Source: Candidatus Anderseniibacteriota bacterium
GTDB lineage: Bacteria; Patescibacteriota; Andersenbacteria; UBA10190
NCBI GenBank assembly: GCA_016197005.1
Contig: JACPWO010000002.1
Span: forward strand, 146,178-210,177
Direction of reading: 5' to 3'
DNA: 64,000 nucleotides
The position numbers and the translations under genes are program-made. The notes beneath the pieces are model-generated. The model ran no database searches, was not told the origin of the DNA, and saw only the letters and a program-made list of their open reading frames with translations. Shown piece after piece: positions 17,110 through 26,556 of the stretch. The first letter of the stretch is position 1, and every line of letters starts with the position of its first letter.

Positions 17110-18547
17110 ATATCTCTCCTTCCACAACTCTTCTCTGGGTCGGAGGTTCTAGTTTTTCTAACGTAGCTGTCACTGAACCAGCACCAACTTCTTTTTTGGC
17201 ATCAATGTCAGTGGCCTCTACCCACGTTGGGATTGGGTTGCCGCCATGTAATCGGAAGAGAAACATGAGAAAAGTAGTAGCGTAAACTGCTTTCGGAAGA
17301 GAAAAGTTAACTACCACAATTTTTTTGTTACTAATCGCATGTCCGTGTATTTGGGGCGTAATCCACGGTGGAATAGTACGAGAGCGTCTCCGTAAAAATG
17401 GGTATGGGCGTAGGTGTTCCTGGTAATCCTTGGTATTGTCTCGCTCGAGATAATAGTCAAACAAACGATCTGCCTCATCACTTGTCTGCGGAAGAGGAAG
17501 GGGATCGGGAGAAGTAACTTGCCCAGCCATGGCTTGAGATAGAAATTGGTTAACGAGAAAACTACCGTAGCTATAAAACCAGAATCGTACTTGATCCTGA
17601 ATAGCTAGAAGAGCCTGAGTGGGACGATCGCCAGCTATGAGTGCATCAAGCAGTAGACGTTCGTGCCGAAACTTATATGGCAAGATATCAAATGTTTTTT
17701 TCATCTTCTGCCAATCACCATATGATTCTTTCGCTTTAACTCGCATAGATTTGTAAATCGGAACATCAAATGGACTAGTGCCAACCAAAAACGCCCGAAT
17801 GGCTTCTTCTGGTTTTCCTTGCGACAACAGCAAACCAAGATGCGGGTTAATGAGTCTATGTCCAAATCGCTGAGTGCCAAAGAAATTTGGAAATCCATCT
17901 TTTCCCAGCTTTTGTAGCGACTCCGAGAATGCTTGCTCATCAATATCTTGTTCTGTTCTGACGGTGATGGTAAATCGGTTACCAACCAGTTGCCCGGGAG
18001 ATATGGCTCCTTTGCCAATTTGTTTGGGTTTAATAAAGAAGTGGCTTTTGGGAAGTGCATTGAGTTTTTCAACAGTAGTACCGCGAATACTTACTCGCTG
18101 GCTGGTGAGGGCTCTCCCATCCTTCATCCCGGCATAGCCGACTTTCTGTGGTGAGATACCTACTTGAGAAGAAAGCTGGTTAATGGCTTCAAATGTACCA
18201 ATGCCAATTTTTACTAAGTCAGCATAAATAGTTTCTCCTTCAGATATCTCTTGAGTAAAAGGTTCTGTCGATGGGTCTATCGTAGTTTGGTCACCTTCTC
18301 CTTTTAATTCCTCAACAATAAAGTCTTGGGGATAGTAGCGAAGGTAGCCGGTTAACGAAGGATTAACCCCAGTAATACCAACATATTGCAAAGCGGTAGC
18401 TGGATCATACTGCGAGGAACGCACCATTTGATCTGGGTATTTTTTTGCCAGTTTTTCGTAGTTCTCCTGCTCCAATTTGAATAGCTCGGACTCACTTACT
18501 TGTTCCTTTTTGTCCATAGGTAATTCCAGTGTATCCTTTATAATCAC
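17108..18547 (-). CDS. truD: tRNA pseudouridine synthase TruD/Pus7-like
   Basis: FPNFFGTQRFG is the TruD hallmark motif. 479 aa, longer than typical bacterial TruD. Confidence 0.7.
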   Translation of the reverse strand: MIIKDTLELPMDKKEQVSESELFKLEQENYEKLAKKYPDQMVRSSQYDPATALQYVGITGVNPSLTGYLRYYPQDFIVEELKGEGDQTTIDPSTEPFTQEISEGETIYADLVKIGIGTFEAINQLSSQVGISPQKVGYAGMKDGRALTSQRVSIRGTTVEKLNALPKSHFFIKPKQIGKGAISPGQLVGNRFTITVRTEQDIDEQAFSESLQKLGKDGFPNFFGTQRFGHRLINPHLGLLLSQGKPEEAIRAFLVGTSPFDVPIYKSMRVKAKESYGDWQKMKKTFDILPYKFRHERLLLDALIAGDRPTQALLAIQDQVRFWFYSYGSFLVNQFLSQAMAGQVTSPDPLPLPQTSDEADRLFDYYLERDNTKDYQEHLRPYPFLRRRSRTIPPWITPQIHGHAISNKKIVVVNFSLPKAVYATTFLMFLFRLHGGNPIPTWVEATDIDAKKEVGAGSVTATLEKLEPPTQRRVVEGEI

Positions 18548-18550
18548 ATT

Positions 18551-20239
18551 ATGCTTAATCTCAAAAAAGCTTTAGCGGCAGACATCCGGGAAGGAGCGAT
18601 TGCGGCCGGCTATAACCTAAAACCGGACCAACCTGTGTCCGTAGCACACACCGATAAACCAGAACACGGGGATTACGCCAGCGCCATTGCTTTGTCTTTG
18701 GTCAAAGGATCAAAGCAAAAACCGCTGGACATTGTAGGCGCCATTGCTCAGCACATGCCAAAGAAGGAATATATTGGAAAGATTGAAGCGGCTCCACCCG
18801 GGTTTTTGAATATCACGATCAGTCATGACTGGCTCGCCAGTAAAGTTGACGACATTATTGAGCAAGAAAAAGTAATTGAAGAAAATATTGGTGAAGGAAA
18901 GCTCGTGAATCTTGAGTTTATCTCCGCTAACCCTACGGGCCCGCTTACGCTTGGTAACGCTCGAACTGCTTTCTCCGCAGATACACTGGCGAACGTCTTA
19001 ACCGCTGCCGGATTTAATGTCACACGCGAATACTACATCAATGACGCTGGTACCCAGATAGCGCGCCTGGGAGAGTCGGTACTGCGGCGAGCCCTTGAAC
19101 AAAAAGGTATCAAAGTTGAATTTGCTGAAGACCTCTATCAAGGAGAGTACATTATTGGACTCGCCAAAAAAATAACTGAGTTATGGAAAGAAAATGAAGG
19201 TAAGGAATTTATTGAGAGTGACTTAACGGATAAAGACCTCATAGAGAAAATTAGCACCGAGGCAATGGAACAAATGCTAGCGGCGATCAAAAAGACTATT
19301 CATGATGATCTTCGTATTCACTTTGATATCTGGACCAGTGAACGCGCTTTGAAAAAAACGCAGGCAGCCGAGCACACCCTGGCCAAGCTAAAGAAGAATA
19401 ACTTGGTATACGAAAAAGATGGCGCGGTATGGTTTAAGGCAACTGAATTTGGAGAAGCAGAAGACAAGGTATTGGTAAAAAGTAGCGGTCAGTACGCCTA
19501 CATCATGCCGGACATTGCGTATCATCAGAACAAATATGATCGGGAGTTTGATTTAATCTTTACGTTCTTAGGAGCTGATCACTTGGGACAAGTATCCAAG
19601 CTTACCGCAGCGATGAAGGCGCTCGGAAACGATATAGAAAAATTACATTTTGTCGTAGCTCAGTGGCTCAGTCTACAAAAAGACGGCAAGGAATTTACAC
19701 CGTCAAAAAGAAAGGGAAACGTGTATTCGCCTTCAGATCTCATTGCTGAAATAGGATATGACGCCGCGCGGTTCTTTATGGTGCAACGCAGTTTGCGCAC
19801 TCATTTGGTTATTGATTTAGATATCGCGAAAGAACGCAACGAACGAAATCCCGTGTATTACGTTCAGTACGCATACGTGCGGCTACAATCAATTTTACGA
19901 AAAGCTAAGCAACATGGCTTCATTGAAGAGGTGGGTGAGCAAGTTCCGAAACCAGGAAAATTGATGTTAGCCGAAGGCCCAGAGATGACGCTCCTTAAAG
20001 CATTGTATGGCTTGCCAGAAACCGTAGCAGAAATTTCTCAGACATTTGAAGTGCAAACATTGGCTTACTTTGCCCATGAATTGGCTCGTTCAGTACACTC
20101 GTTTTATCGAGATGTACGAGTACTGGCCAGTGAAGATAAGGATGTAGTGCTTAGTCGATTACAGCTGGTCGCCGCTGCTAAAAAGGTGCTTGGGCAAACA
20201 CTCGACTTGCTAGGGATATCAAAACCTGATGTGATGTAG
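18551..20239 (+). CDS. argS: arginyl-tRNA synthetase (class I) with degenerate HIGH motif
   Basis: FISANPTGPLTLGNAR aligns with the ArgRS SANPTGPLHxGHxR block, but both His are replaced (TLGN). C-terminal DALR-type anticodon-binding region present. Confidence 0.85.
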   Translation: MLNLKKALAADIREGAIAAGYNLKPDQPVSVAHTDKPEHGDYASAIALSLVKGSKQKPLDIVGAIAQHMPKKEYIGKIEAAPPGFLNITISHDWLASKVDDIIEQEKVIEENIGEGKLVNLEFISANPTGPLTLGNARTAFSADTLANVLTAAGFNVTREYYINDAGTQIARLGESVLRRALEQKGIKVEFAEDLYQGEYIIGLAKKITELWKENEGKEFIESDLTDKDLIEKISTEAMEQMLAAIKKTIHDDLRIHFDIWTSERALKKTQAAEHTLAKLKKNNLVYEKDGAVWFKATEFGEAEDKVLVKSSGQYAYIMPDIAYHQNKYDREFDLIFTFLGADHLGQVSKLTAAMKALGNDIEKLHFVVAQWLSLQKDGKEFTPSKRKGNVYSPSDLIAEIGYDAARFFMVQRSLRTHLVIDLDIAKERNERNPVYYVQYAYVRLQSILRKAKQHGFIEEVGEQVPKPGKLMLAEGPEMTLLKALYGLPETVAEISQTFEVQTLAYFAHELARSVHSFYRDVRVLASEDKDVVLSRLQLVAAAKKVLGQTLDLLGISKPDVM

Positions 20240-20241
20240 GT

Positions 20242-20883
20242 ATGCGTATAGGTATAGATGCCCATATCGTTCTCCCGAAGCATAAGCGGTACGATCCCAA
20301 GATCGCCCGCTATACGGAGCAACTCATAAAAAACTTGCTGGAGGCAGATAAGAAGAAAGAGCACACCTGGGTACTTTTCTTTGATAGTCGTATGACCGAC
20401 ACGAAGAAATTTGAAGGAAAGAATGTTGAAATTAAGCATTTCCCCTTTGTGCAGTATCGCCAGTACTTGCCGGTGCTCTACTCCCACATGCTTATCTCTT
20501 CTTTCTTAACAGCTGCTCGTCTGGATGTTTTCCACTCACCTGAAGGTCTCATTCCTTTTATGTATCCCGGTAAAATTGTAACGACCTTTCATTACATTCC
20601 GCGAGGAGAGACAGAAAGTAATATGTTTGTCCGAACATTTATGTTGGGAGCACGAACGGCATTTGCGCAGCTGTGTAAACGAGCTCGTCGCATTATTGTG
20701 AACAAGCCTCAAGACAAAAAACTCCTGGCTGAACGTCACGGATATCCAGAAAACAGAATAGTAGTGATGGAAGTAGGGGACATGGAACGAGTAGATTGGC
20801 CAAAGCGTGTTCAAGAACTAATCCACGTCTACGAAGACGTAGCCAAAAGAAAACCTACCCAGAAAAAAGAGGCGAAGAAGTAA
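20242..20883 (+). CDS. glycosyltransferase family 4 N-terminal-domain-like protein (short; possibly truncated)
   Basis: MRIGIDAHIVLPKHKRY resembles GT4 N-terminal domains. Only 213 aa, so it lacks a C-terminal catalytic domain. Confidence 0.35.
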   Translation: MRIGIDAHIVLPKHKRYDPKIARYTEQLIKNLLEADKKKEHTWVLFFDSRMTDTKKFEGKNVEIKHFPFVQYRQYLPVLYSHMLISSFLTAARLDVFHSPEGLIPFMYPGKIVTTFHYIPRGETESNMFVRTFMLGARTAFAQLCKRARRIIVNKPQDKKLLAERHGYPENRIVVMEVGDMERVDWPKRVQELIHVYEDVAKRKPTQKKEAKK

Positions 20884-20904
20884 ATTCTTAAATAATGGAA
20901 ATGA

Positions 20905-20930
20905 AAAACTCCCCCTGGGGAGTTATTTTG
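20905..20930. terminator. bidirectional intrinsic terminator between convergent genes
   Basis: ACTCCC-cctg-GGGAGT hairpin flanked by A-run and T-run. Confidence 0.5.
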
Positions 20931-20935
20931 CCTTT

Positions 20936-21238
20936 TCATTTTTCACCAAGCTGGCGCCCGCGTTTTTCCAGTTGCTTTGCTCGTTCTCGCAGAGACTCAA
21001 CGGTCTCGCCAACGGCATCAGCGTAGTGCTCCTTTTGCTCGGGGCTGAGTGAGCCGATATCCTTTTCAAAGTATTCCAGCTCATCAGGCGTCACCTCGCT
21101 TCCTTTTTCTGCCATGTGTTGCCTAACCTGAGCAATCGTTAGACTATGATCAATCCGAAACTGTCTTCCTGACCGACCGAACCAGGAGCGAATCATTATT
21201 TTCCTCCGAAGGTGCAAGTTTGCTTGGGAATGCTGCAT
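20936..21238 (-). CDS. hypothetical small protein
   Basis: 100-aa ORF, charged C-terminal half. Start possibly at internal MIRSWFG. Confidence 0.3.
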   Translation of the reverse strand: MQHSQANLHLRRKIMIRSWFGRSGRQFRIDHSLTIAQVRQHMAEKGSEVTPDELEYFEKDIGSLSPEQKEHYADAVGETVESLRERAKQLEKRGRQLGEK

Positions 21239-21255
21239 TCCCTATGCTTCCTTAT

Positions 21256-24120
21256 ATGTCACCTGCGGCAAAAGGTAAATTTCGTCCAGTCGATCCGCGT
21301 CCAAACATTGATGAATTGGAGCACGGTATTTTAGATATCTGGGAGAAGGAAAAAACGTTTGAAGTATCCCTGGAGCAGAATAAAGATAAGCCACTTTTTA
21401 CATTTTATGATGGGCCGCCATATGCTACTGGCAAGCCCCACTACGGACACGTCTTACAGTCCGCTATTAAAGATACGATCTTAAGATACAAAACGATGCG
21501 CGGATATTATGTCCCGCGTCGAGTCGGCTGGGATACCCATGGTCTGCCAGTCGAGGTACTCGTTGAAAAAGAGTTAGGCCTAAGAACAAAACGAGAGGTA
21601 GAGGAATATGGCATTGAAAAGTTTAACCAGAAATGTCGCGAAGCAGTATTCCGTTACATTGATGAATTTACCGCTACCTTAAAACGTTTGGGCCGCTGGG
21701 CAGATTATGAAAATGGGTATGCCACGCTTGATCGAGATTACATGGAATCCGAGTGGTGGGTATTTCAGCGGCTTTGGGAGAAGGATTTGGTATACAAAGA
21801 TTTTCGGTCAACTCCGTACTGTATTCGCTGCGCTACACCGCTTTCCAATTTTGAAACTGGAATGGGATACAAAGATACAACAGACACTGCTGTATATGTG
21901 CTCATGCCAATTCGGGATCAGTCGCTTTTCCTGCTTGTCTGGACAACTACGCCTTGGACATTGCCTGGAAATGCAGCCGTCGCCTTTAACCCTGCAGTTT
22001 CGTATGTGTCCGTAAAAGTTGATGGTAAAGAAATTATCATTGCCAAGGACAGAGTTGTGGCCGTATTTGGTGAAGATACAGAAATTGTACGAGCGTGGTC
22101 ACAAAAAGAATTAGCCGCGATGACCTACGAAGCGCCGTATCCAGCCTCCGAAATACCAGCTGATGCTAAGAATATGTATACCGTGGTACCGGCAGATTTC
22201 GTTACCGCAGAAGACGGTACCGGCTTTGTACACATTGCGCCAGCCTTTGGCACTGATGACTTTGAGTTGTCCAAAAAAGTTGGACTGCCAGTCATTCGCA
22301 CCATAAATCCGAGTGGAATATTTGAAGAACATATTCCGCAGTGGGGCAGCCAGCACATCTGGAAAGTAAATAAGGCAATTCCCAAAGACTTACAAGCACG
22401 CGGACTACTTGTAAAAGAAGAGCAGTACAAGCATAGCTATCCCCATTGCTGGCGTTGTGATGAGCCCCTCATTTACTACGCACTCGACAGCTGGTTTGTA
22501 CGGGTCACTCAACTAAAAGAAGATATGCTAGCTCAGAATGAGAAAATTTCCTGGATTCCTGAGCATTTGAAGGAAGGTCGTTTTGCTAAGGGTATTAAGT
22601 CAGCTCCTGACTGGGCGGTATCTCGTAATCGCTACTGGAGTGTGCCAATACCGGTGTGGGAGTGTGACAGTTGTGATCACCGCGTATGTATTGGCAGTAT
22701 TGCTGAACTGCAAGAAAAATCTGGTGCTACGAATATAGAAGACATTCATCGACCGTATGTCGATAGCTTTACGTGGAAGTGTGAGCGGTGTGAGGGAACA
22801 ATGAAGCGTATTTCGGAGGTACTGGATGTGTGGTTTGATTCTGGATCAATGCCATACAGCCAGTGGCATTACCCGTTTGAAAATAAGGAGTTTGTCGAAA
22901 AGGGTTTTCCAGCAGATTTTATTGCAGAGAGTATTGAGATGACTCGTGCGTGGTTTTATGTCCTGCACGTGTTATCAACTGCCCTCAAAGAAAGCCCTGC
23001 CTACAAGAACGTCATCGGCTCTGGCATCATTTTTGGTGAAGATGGTAACAAGTTGTCTAAGAAACTGAAGAATTATCCTGACGTTGAGCCTACCCTTGAA
23101 AAGTACGGCGCCGATACCATTCGTCTCTTTTTCTTATCCAGCACGTTGGGAGAGCCGTACGTATTCTCAGAGAAAGATCTACAACAGTTGTTTAGAAACT
23201 TCACAATGCGTCTGTGGAATGTGTATAGCTTCTTTGTGCAGTATGCCAATACTGCTGACTGGGAACCGGCGAAAGAGACGGTACCTAGTTCTGAGCAGAT
23301 CCTGGACAAATGGATTTTAACTAGAATTAAACAGTTGGAGTACGTCGTCATACAAAAAACTGACTCATATCGGGTAGATGTTTCAGCTCGAGAATTTGTT
23401 ACCTTCGTTGACGACTTAAGTAATTGGTACGTCCGCCGGTCTCGGGAACGTTTTCAGCCGCGGGGTGAACAAGATAGTGCTGCCTTCGTTACTTTACATG
23501 CGGTGCTCGTACGTTTGGCAAAACTCCTAGCTCCCTTCATGCCGTTCTTATCGGAAGAGCTGTATCGAAATGTAACGGGAGCAGGTTCGGTCCATTTAGC
23601 TGACCTTTCCGATCCAAGTGAACTTTCTCAAGACGAGCAGGCGCTTCTTTCAACAATGACAGCAGCTCGCGAGATTGTCTCGCAAGGCCTTTCGGCTCGA
23701 GCCCAAGCAAACATTAAAGTGAGGCAGCCATTGGGAAAATTAACCGCGCCAGGCGTGGATGCGCTGCCGCCCGGAGTTATTGAAATGATAAAAGAGGAAG
23801 TCAACGTTGATGAGGTTGTGGTTGGTGACAAACTCGAACTTGCGACGGAAATATCAGAAGAATTACGAGATCGTGGTACTGCTCGCGAAATCATTCGGCA
23901 TGGACAGGTTCTGCGTCGTACCGCTGGGTATGCTTTGGATGATCGAATTACGCTTGTGCTATCTACTTCCGACGAAGGACTAAAACAGGTATTAGCAAAA
24001 TATCAGGAGGAGATTGTAACTGCCTTACAGGTCAACGAGATTACCGAAAACGGGGAGACTGATACCAAAAAAGAAGTTATGGTCGACGGGAAGTTGATTG
24101 TAGTAGGAGTCAGGAAATAA
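21256..24120 (+). CDS. ileS: isoleucyl-tRNA synthetase, eukaryote-like type 2
   Basis: FYDGPPYATGKPHYGHVL (HIGH). KLSKKLKNY (KMSKS variant). Editing domain present. Start trimmed to ATG 21256 (MSPAAKGKF). Confidence 0.9.
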   Translation: MSPAAKGKFRPVDPRPNIDELEHGILDIWEKEKTFEVSLEQNKDKPLFTFYDGPPYATGKPHYGHVLQSAIKDTILRYKTMRGYYVPRRVGWDTHGLPVEVLVEKELGLRTKREVEEYGIEKFNQKCREAVFRYIDEFTATLKRLGRWADYENGYATLDRDYMESEWWVFQRLWEKDLVYKDFRSTPYCIRCATPLSNFETGMGYKDTTDTAVYVLMPIRDQSLFLLVWTTTPWTLPGNAAVAFNPAVSYVSVKVDGKEIIIAKDRVVAVFGEDTEIVRAWSQKELAAMTYEAPYPASEIPADAKNMYTVVPADFVTAEDGTGFVHIAPAFGTDDFELSKKVGLPVIRTINPSGIFEEHIPQWGSQHIWKVNKAIPKDLQARGLLVKEEQYKHSYPHCWRCDEPLIYYALDSWFVRVTQLKEDMLAQNEKISWIPEHLKEGRFAKGIKSAPDWAVSRNRYWSVPIPVWECDSCDHRVCIGSIAELQEKSGATNIEDIHRPYVDSFTWKCERCEGTMKRISEVLDVWFDSGSMPYSQWHYPFENKEFVEKGFPADFIAESIEMTRAWFYVLHVLSTALKESPAYKNVIGSGIIFGEDGNKLSKKLKNYPDVEPTLEKYGADTIRLFFLSSTLGEPYVFSEKDLQQLFRNFTMRLWNVYSFFVQYANTADWEPAKETVPSSEQILDKWILTRIKQLEYVVIQKTDSYRVDVSAREFVTFVDDLSNWYVRRSRERFQPRGEQDSAAFVTLHAVLVRLAKLLAPFMPFLSEELYRNVTGAGSVHLADLSDPSELSQDEQALLSTMTAAREIVSQGLSARAQANIKVRQPLGKLTAPGVDALPPGVIEMIKEEVNVDEVVVGDKLELATEISEELRDRGTAREIIRHGQVLRRTAGYALDDRITLVLSTSDEGLKQVLAKYQEEIVTALQVNEITENGETDTKKEVMVDGKLIVVGVRK

Positions 24121-24143
24121 CCGCCTATTTTTGCTCCAGCTTG

Positions 24144-24175
24144 AAAACACGTCGTTCCAGACGGTGTGTTTTTGT
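24144..24175 (+). terminator. rho-independent terminator after ileS
   Basis: AACACGTC...GACGGTGTGTT imperfect hairpin followed by TTTTTG. Confidence 0.5.
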
Positions 24176-25420
24176 ATATAGAAATCAGTAGTCGTTCGTT
24201 AGAAAAGTCGGAACAGTAGAAGTGCGGCTCGGGCGAGAGAGGAGGTGGCATCAGGGTTTTTTACGAGCACTGCCTAAGGGCAATGGCTTGCTAAAATAGA
24301 ATATGCACCTCTTCTCGACAGCAATGAGTTAGTTCGAGATCCCGTCTGGGATGCTCGCCATCACGCACAAGTATCTGTGGAGGAGGTTACCATCCCCTCT
24401 CGATCGAGCCGCACTTTCATCATTAATGCAGTGAACACTATGTCCACTTCAATTGTGGGTATTGATGTCGCATCTCGCAAGCTTGATATGTGCATTGAGC
24501 AAGACGGGAAGCAGCAATATGCCACCATCGAAAATACGGCGCAGGCAATTGCGCAGTACGCAAAGGAGCACAAGCTCTCGCGCAAGAACTGTCTCGTTGG
24601 CCTGGAGGCAACGAACGATTACCACTTCGTGGTAACCCGGTTCTTTCTCAAGAAAGGGATTCCGGTTAGGATCATGAATCCCATTGTGACTAAGCGATAC
24701 ACCCGCACGACAGTGCGGGGGAAAAAGACAGACAAGACAGATGCACAGAACATTGCTCGTCTGGCCGCGGAAGGAGAGGGAGAATTGGCTAGCTTAAGCA
24801 ATGTAGACAACCGAGAGAAGGAACTTTTGAGACTCTCCCGATCACTTGTGAAGCTGAAAGTTCAGCTGACGTTGCGCCTGCAGAGCCTGCGCCGCAAGCA
24901 ACTCAAGAACACTGGCCGCATCGAACGAAAGCTGGAAAAGATTGAGGGCATGCTTTTTGATGTAGCAGAAGAGTTAGTAGGTGAAGTTACTGAAGATCGC
25001 TCCCACGACGAAGAGCTCATCGACTCCATTCCCGGATTCTCCACTAAGCTCTCCGCAATTGTTCATCATGAATTAGGCGATGTTACGAGATTCAAGAACG
25101 CGAGAAGCCTCGCTTCTTTTGCCGGACTTGATCCGAGGGTGGTACAGAGTGGCGGCAGGCTGCATACCAGCGGACGCCTCATGAAGCGAGGTTCCCCGTA
25201 CTTACGGTCAGCATTGTTCTTGGCTGCAAACGTGGCCTACCATTACGACGAAGAGCTTGGTGAATACTATGCAAAAAAGAAAGCCGAGGGAAGATCGCAC
25301 AAGGAAGTCCTATGCATCATTTCAAGGAAACTCCTGTACCGTATCTGGGCAGTGCTTAAAGAACAGCGAGAGTATGTAGTGAAACAAAATACAAACTAAA
25401 TGCTCTTGCGGAAGACATAG
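24176..25420 (+). mobile_element. IS110-family insertion sequence (boundaries approximate)
   Basis: Single DEDD-type transposase gene preceded by a roughly 265-nt non-coding left end and followed by a very short right end. This matches IS110-group architecture, which has no terminal inverted repeats. Confidence 0.6.
24440..25399 (+). CDS. IS110-family transposase (DEDD RuvC-like N-domain plus Ser-containing C-domain)
   Basis: IVGIDVASRKLD, LVGLEATNDYH and KTDKTDAQNIARLAA blocks (DEDD). C-terminal IPGFSTKLSAIVHHELGDVTRFKNARSLASFAGLDPRVVQSGG block. Confidence 0.85.
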   Translation: MSTSIVGIDVASRKLDMCIEQDGKQQYATIENTAQAIAQYAKEHKLSRKNCLVGLEATNDYHFVVTRFFLKKGIPVRIMNPIVTKRYTRTTVRGKKTDKTDAQNIARLAAEGEGELASLSNVDNREKELLRLSRSLVKLKVQLTLRLQSLRRKQLKNTGRIERKLEKIEGMLFDVAEELVGEVTEDRSHDEELIDSIPGFSTKLSAIVHHELGDVTRFKNARSLASFAGLDPRVVQSGGRLHTSGRLMKRGSPYLRSALFLAANVAYHYDEELGEYYAKKKAEGRSHKEVLCIISRKLLYRIWAVLKEQREYVVKQNTN

Positions 25421-25783
25421 TTAGCTATTTTCTACATGTTCTAAGCGTTCAGGCATATCATCTTGATAGCGAACTCGTTTATCTAGGGCTGTAATAGCTG
25501 ATGTGTTGATTTTAACCTCAGTTTCTAGGTCATCAACCTTTGTCTTTAAAATATCAACTGTACCGGAAAGACGAGAAACACCAGTTTCGAGAGAGCTTAA
25601 TCGTTCATCGAGATTGAAGACACTCTTTTCAACAGAACCAAGCCGTTTATCGAGACCAACCATACCTTTTTCAACAGAACCAAGCCGTTTATCAACCTTT
25701 CCGCTGAACAAACCAATAGCATCTACCAGTTCTTCCCACTCCGCGTGGGTAATAGGCTGATTCTTTGAATCTTTTCGAGGCAT
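25421..25783 (-). CDS. coiled-coil protein with 14-residue tandem repeats (hypothetical)
   Basis: Repeats DKRLGSVEKGMVGL / DKRLGSVEKSVFNL / DERLSSLETGVSRL. Underlying roughly 42-bp nucleotide tandem repeat at about 25610..25700. Confidence 0.4.
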   Translation of the reverse strand: MPRKDSKNQPITHAEWEELVDAIGLFSGKVDKRLGSVEKGMVGLDKRLGSVEKSVFNLDERLSSLETGVSRLSGTVDILKTKVDDLETEVKINTSAITALDKRVRYQDDMPERLEHVENS

Positions 25784-25824
25784 AAAAACAGTGTACCACC
25801 TTCTTATGATACAATCAGTACAAT

Positions 25825-26553
25825 ATGCCTCGGTCACAGAAGCTGAAGGCTTTGGTGCTTTCTCGTCGTAATATTGGCGAAGCTGATCGCCTCGTTACTT
25901 TTTTGACGCGTGAATATGGGATTATGAAAGGCGTGGCCAAGGGTGTTCGGAAAATTCCTTCGAGTCGTGGTGGTCACCTTGAGCCCTTTACCCAAGTGTT
26001 AGTGCTTGTGCGAATGAGTCGAGGAGCAACGTATATAGGAGCGACTGAAACCGAAACGTACTTTCCACAGTTGCGTGCCAATGGTAAAACTCTGACTCAT
26101 GCTCGAGCCATGGCCTATGCTGCTATTTCGTTATTGGGTGAGCAGGATCCGGTTCCTGAGCTGTATGACATGATGCAAGAAGCCTGGCACCTGTTACCTA
26201 AGCTGCCCTCAGCGAAGCAAGACGTAGTCGAGGGAGCAGCTCTTCTTTTAGTGCTGAGGCTGGCGGGCGTGTTACCAAATTGGCAGAACTGCCAAGCGTG
26301 TGGGCTCACGACTCCGACCGAATCAGTTGTGTTGGACGCTACTCAAGGTGGTTGGCATTGTCTTACGTGTCACCAATCACTCCGCGATACGAAATTTTCT
26401 ATGTCACCGAAACTTATTGCCCTGCTTAGATACCTTTCTGCTCACCCCGAGGCAACTACTCGTCTGGCAGTTGCCGAACATGATAGTTCTCAATTTTTAT
26501 CTTCGCTCCGGTACTTTATGCGAGGAATGTTAAATCAGGTAACGGCTAGTTAG
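25825..26553 (+). CDS. recO: DNA repair protein RecO
   Basis: LKALVLSRRNIGEADRLVTFLTREYGIMKGVAKGVRK...LEPF is the RecO N-terminal OB-fold signature. C-terminal Cys pairs (CxxC...CxxC) present. Confidence 0.8.
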   Translation: MPRSQKLKALVLSRRNIGEADRLVTFLTREYGIMKGVAKGVRKIPSSRGGHLEPFTQVLVLVRMSRGATYIGATETETYFPQLRANGKTLTHARAMAYAAISLLGEQDPVPELYDMMQEAWHLLPKLPSAKQDVVEGAALLLVLRLAGVLPNWQNCQACGLTTPTESVVLDATQGGWHCLTCHQSLRDTKFSMSPKLIALLRYLSAHPEATTRLAVAEHDSSQFLSSLRYFMRGMLNQVTAS

Positions 26554-26556
26554 AGT

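Noticed and set aside
21707-23351. Multiple 60-100-aa ORFs inside and antisense to ileS, and similarly inside mfd, topA and leuS
   Set aside because: Fully contained within long, well-supported housekeeping genes. Six-frame noise.
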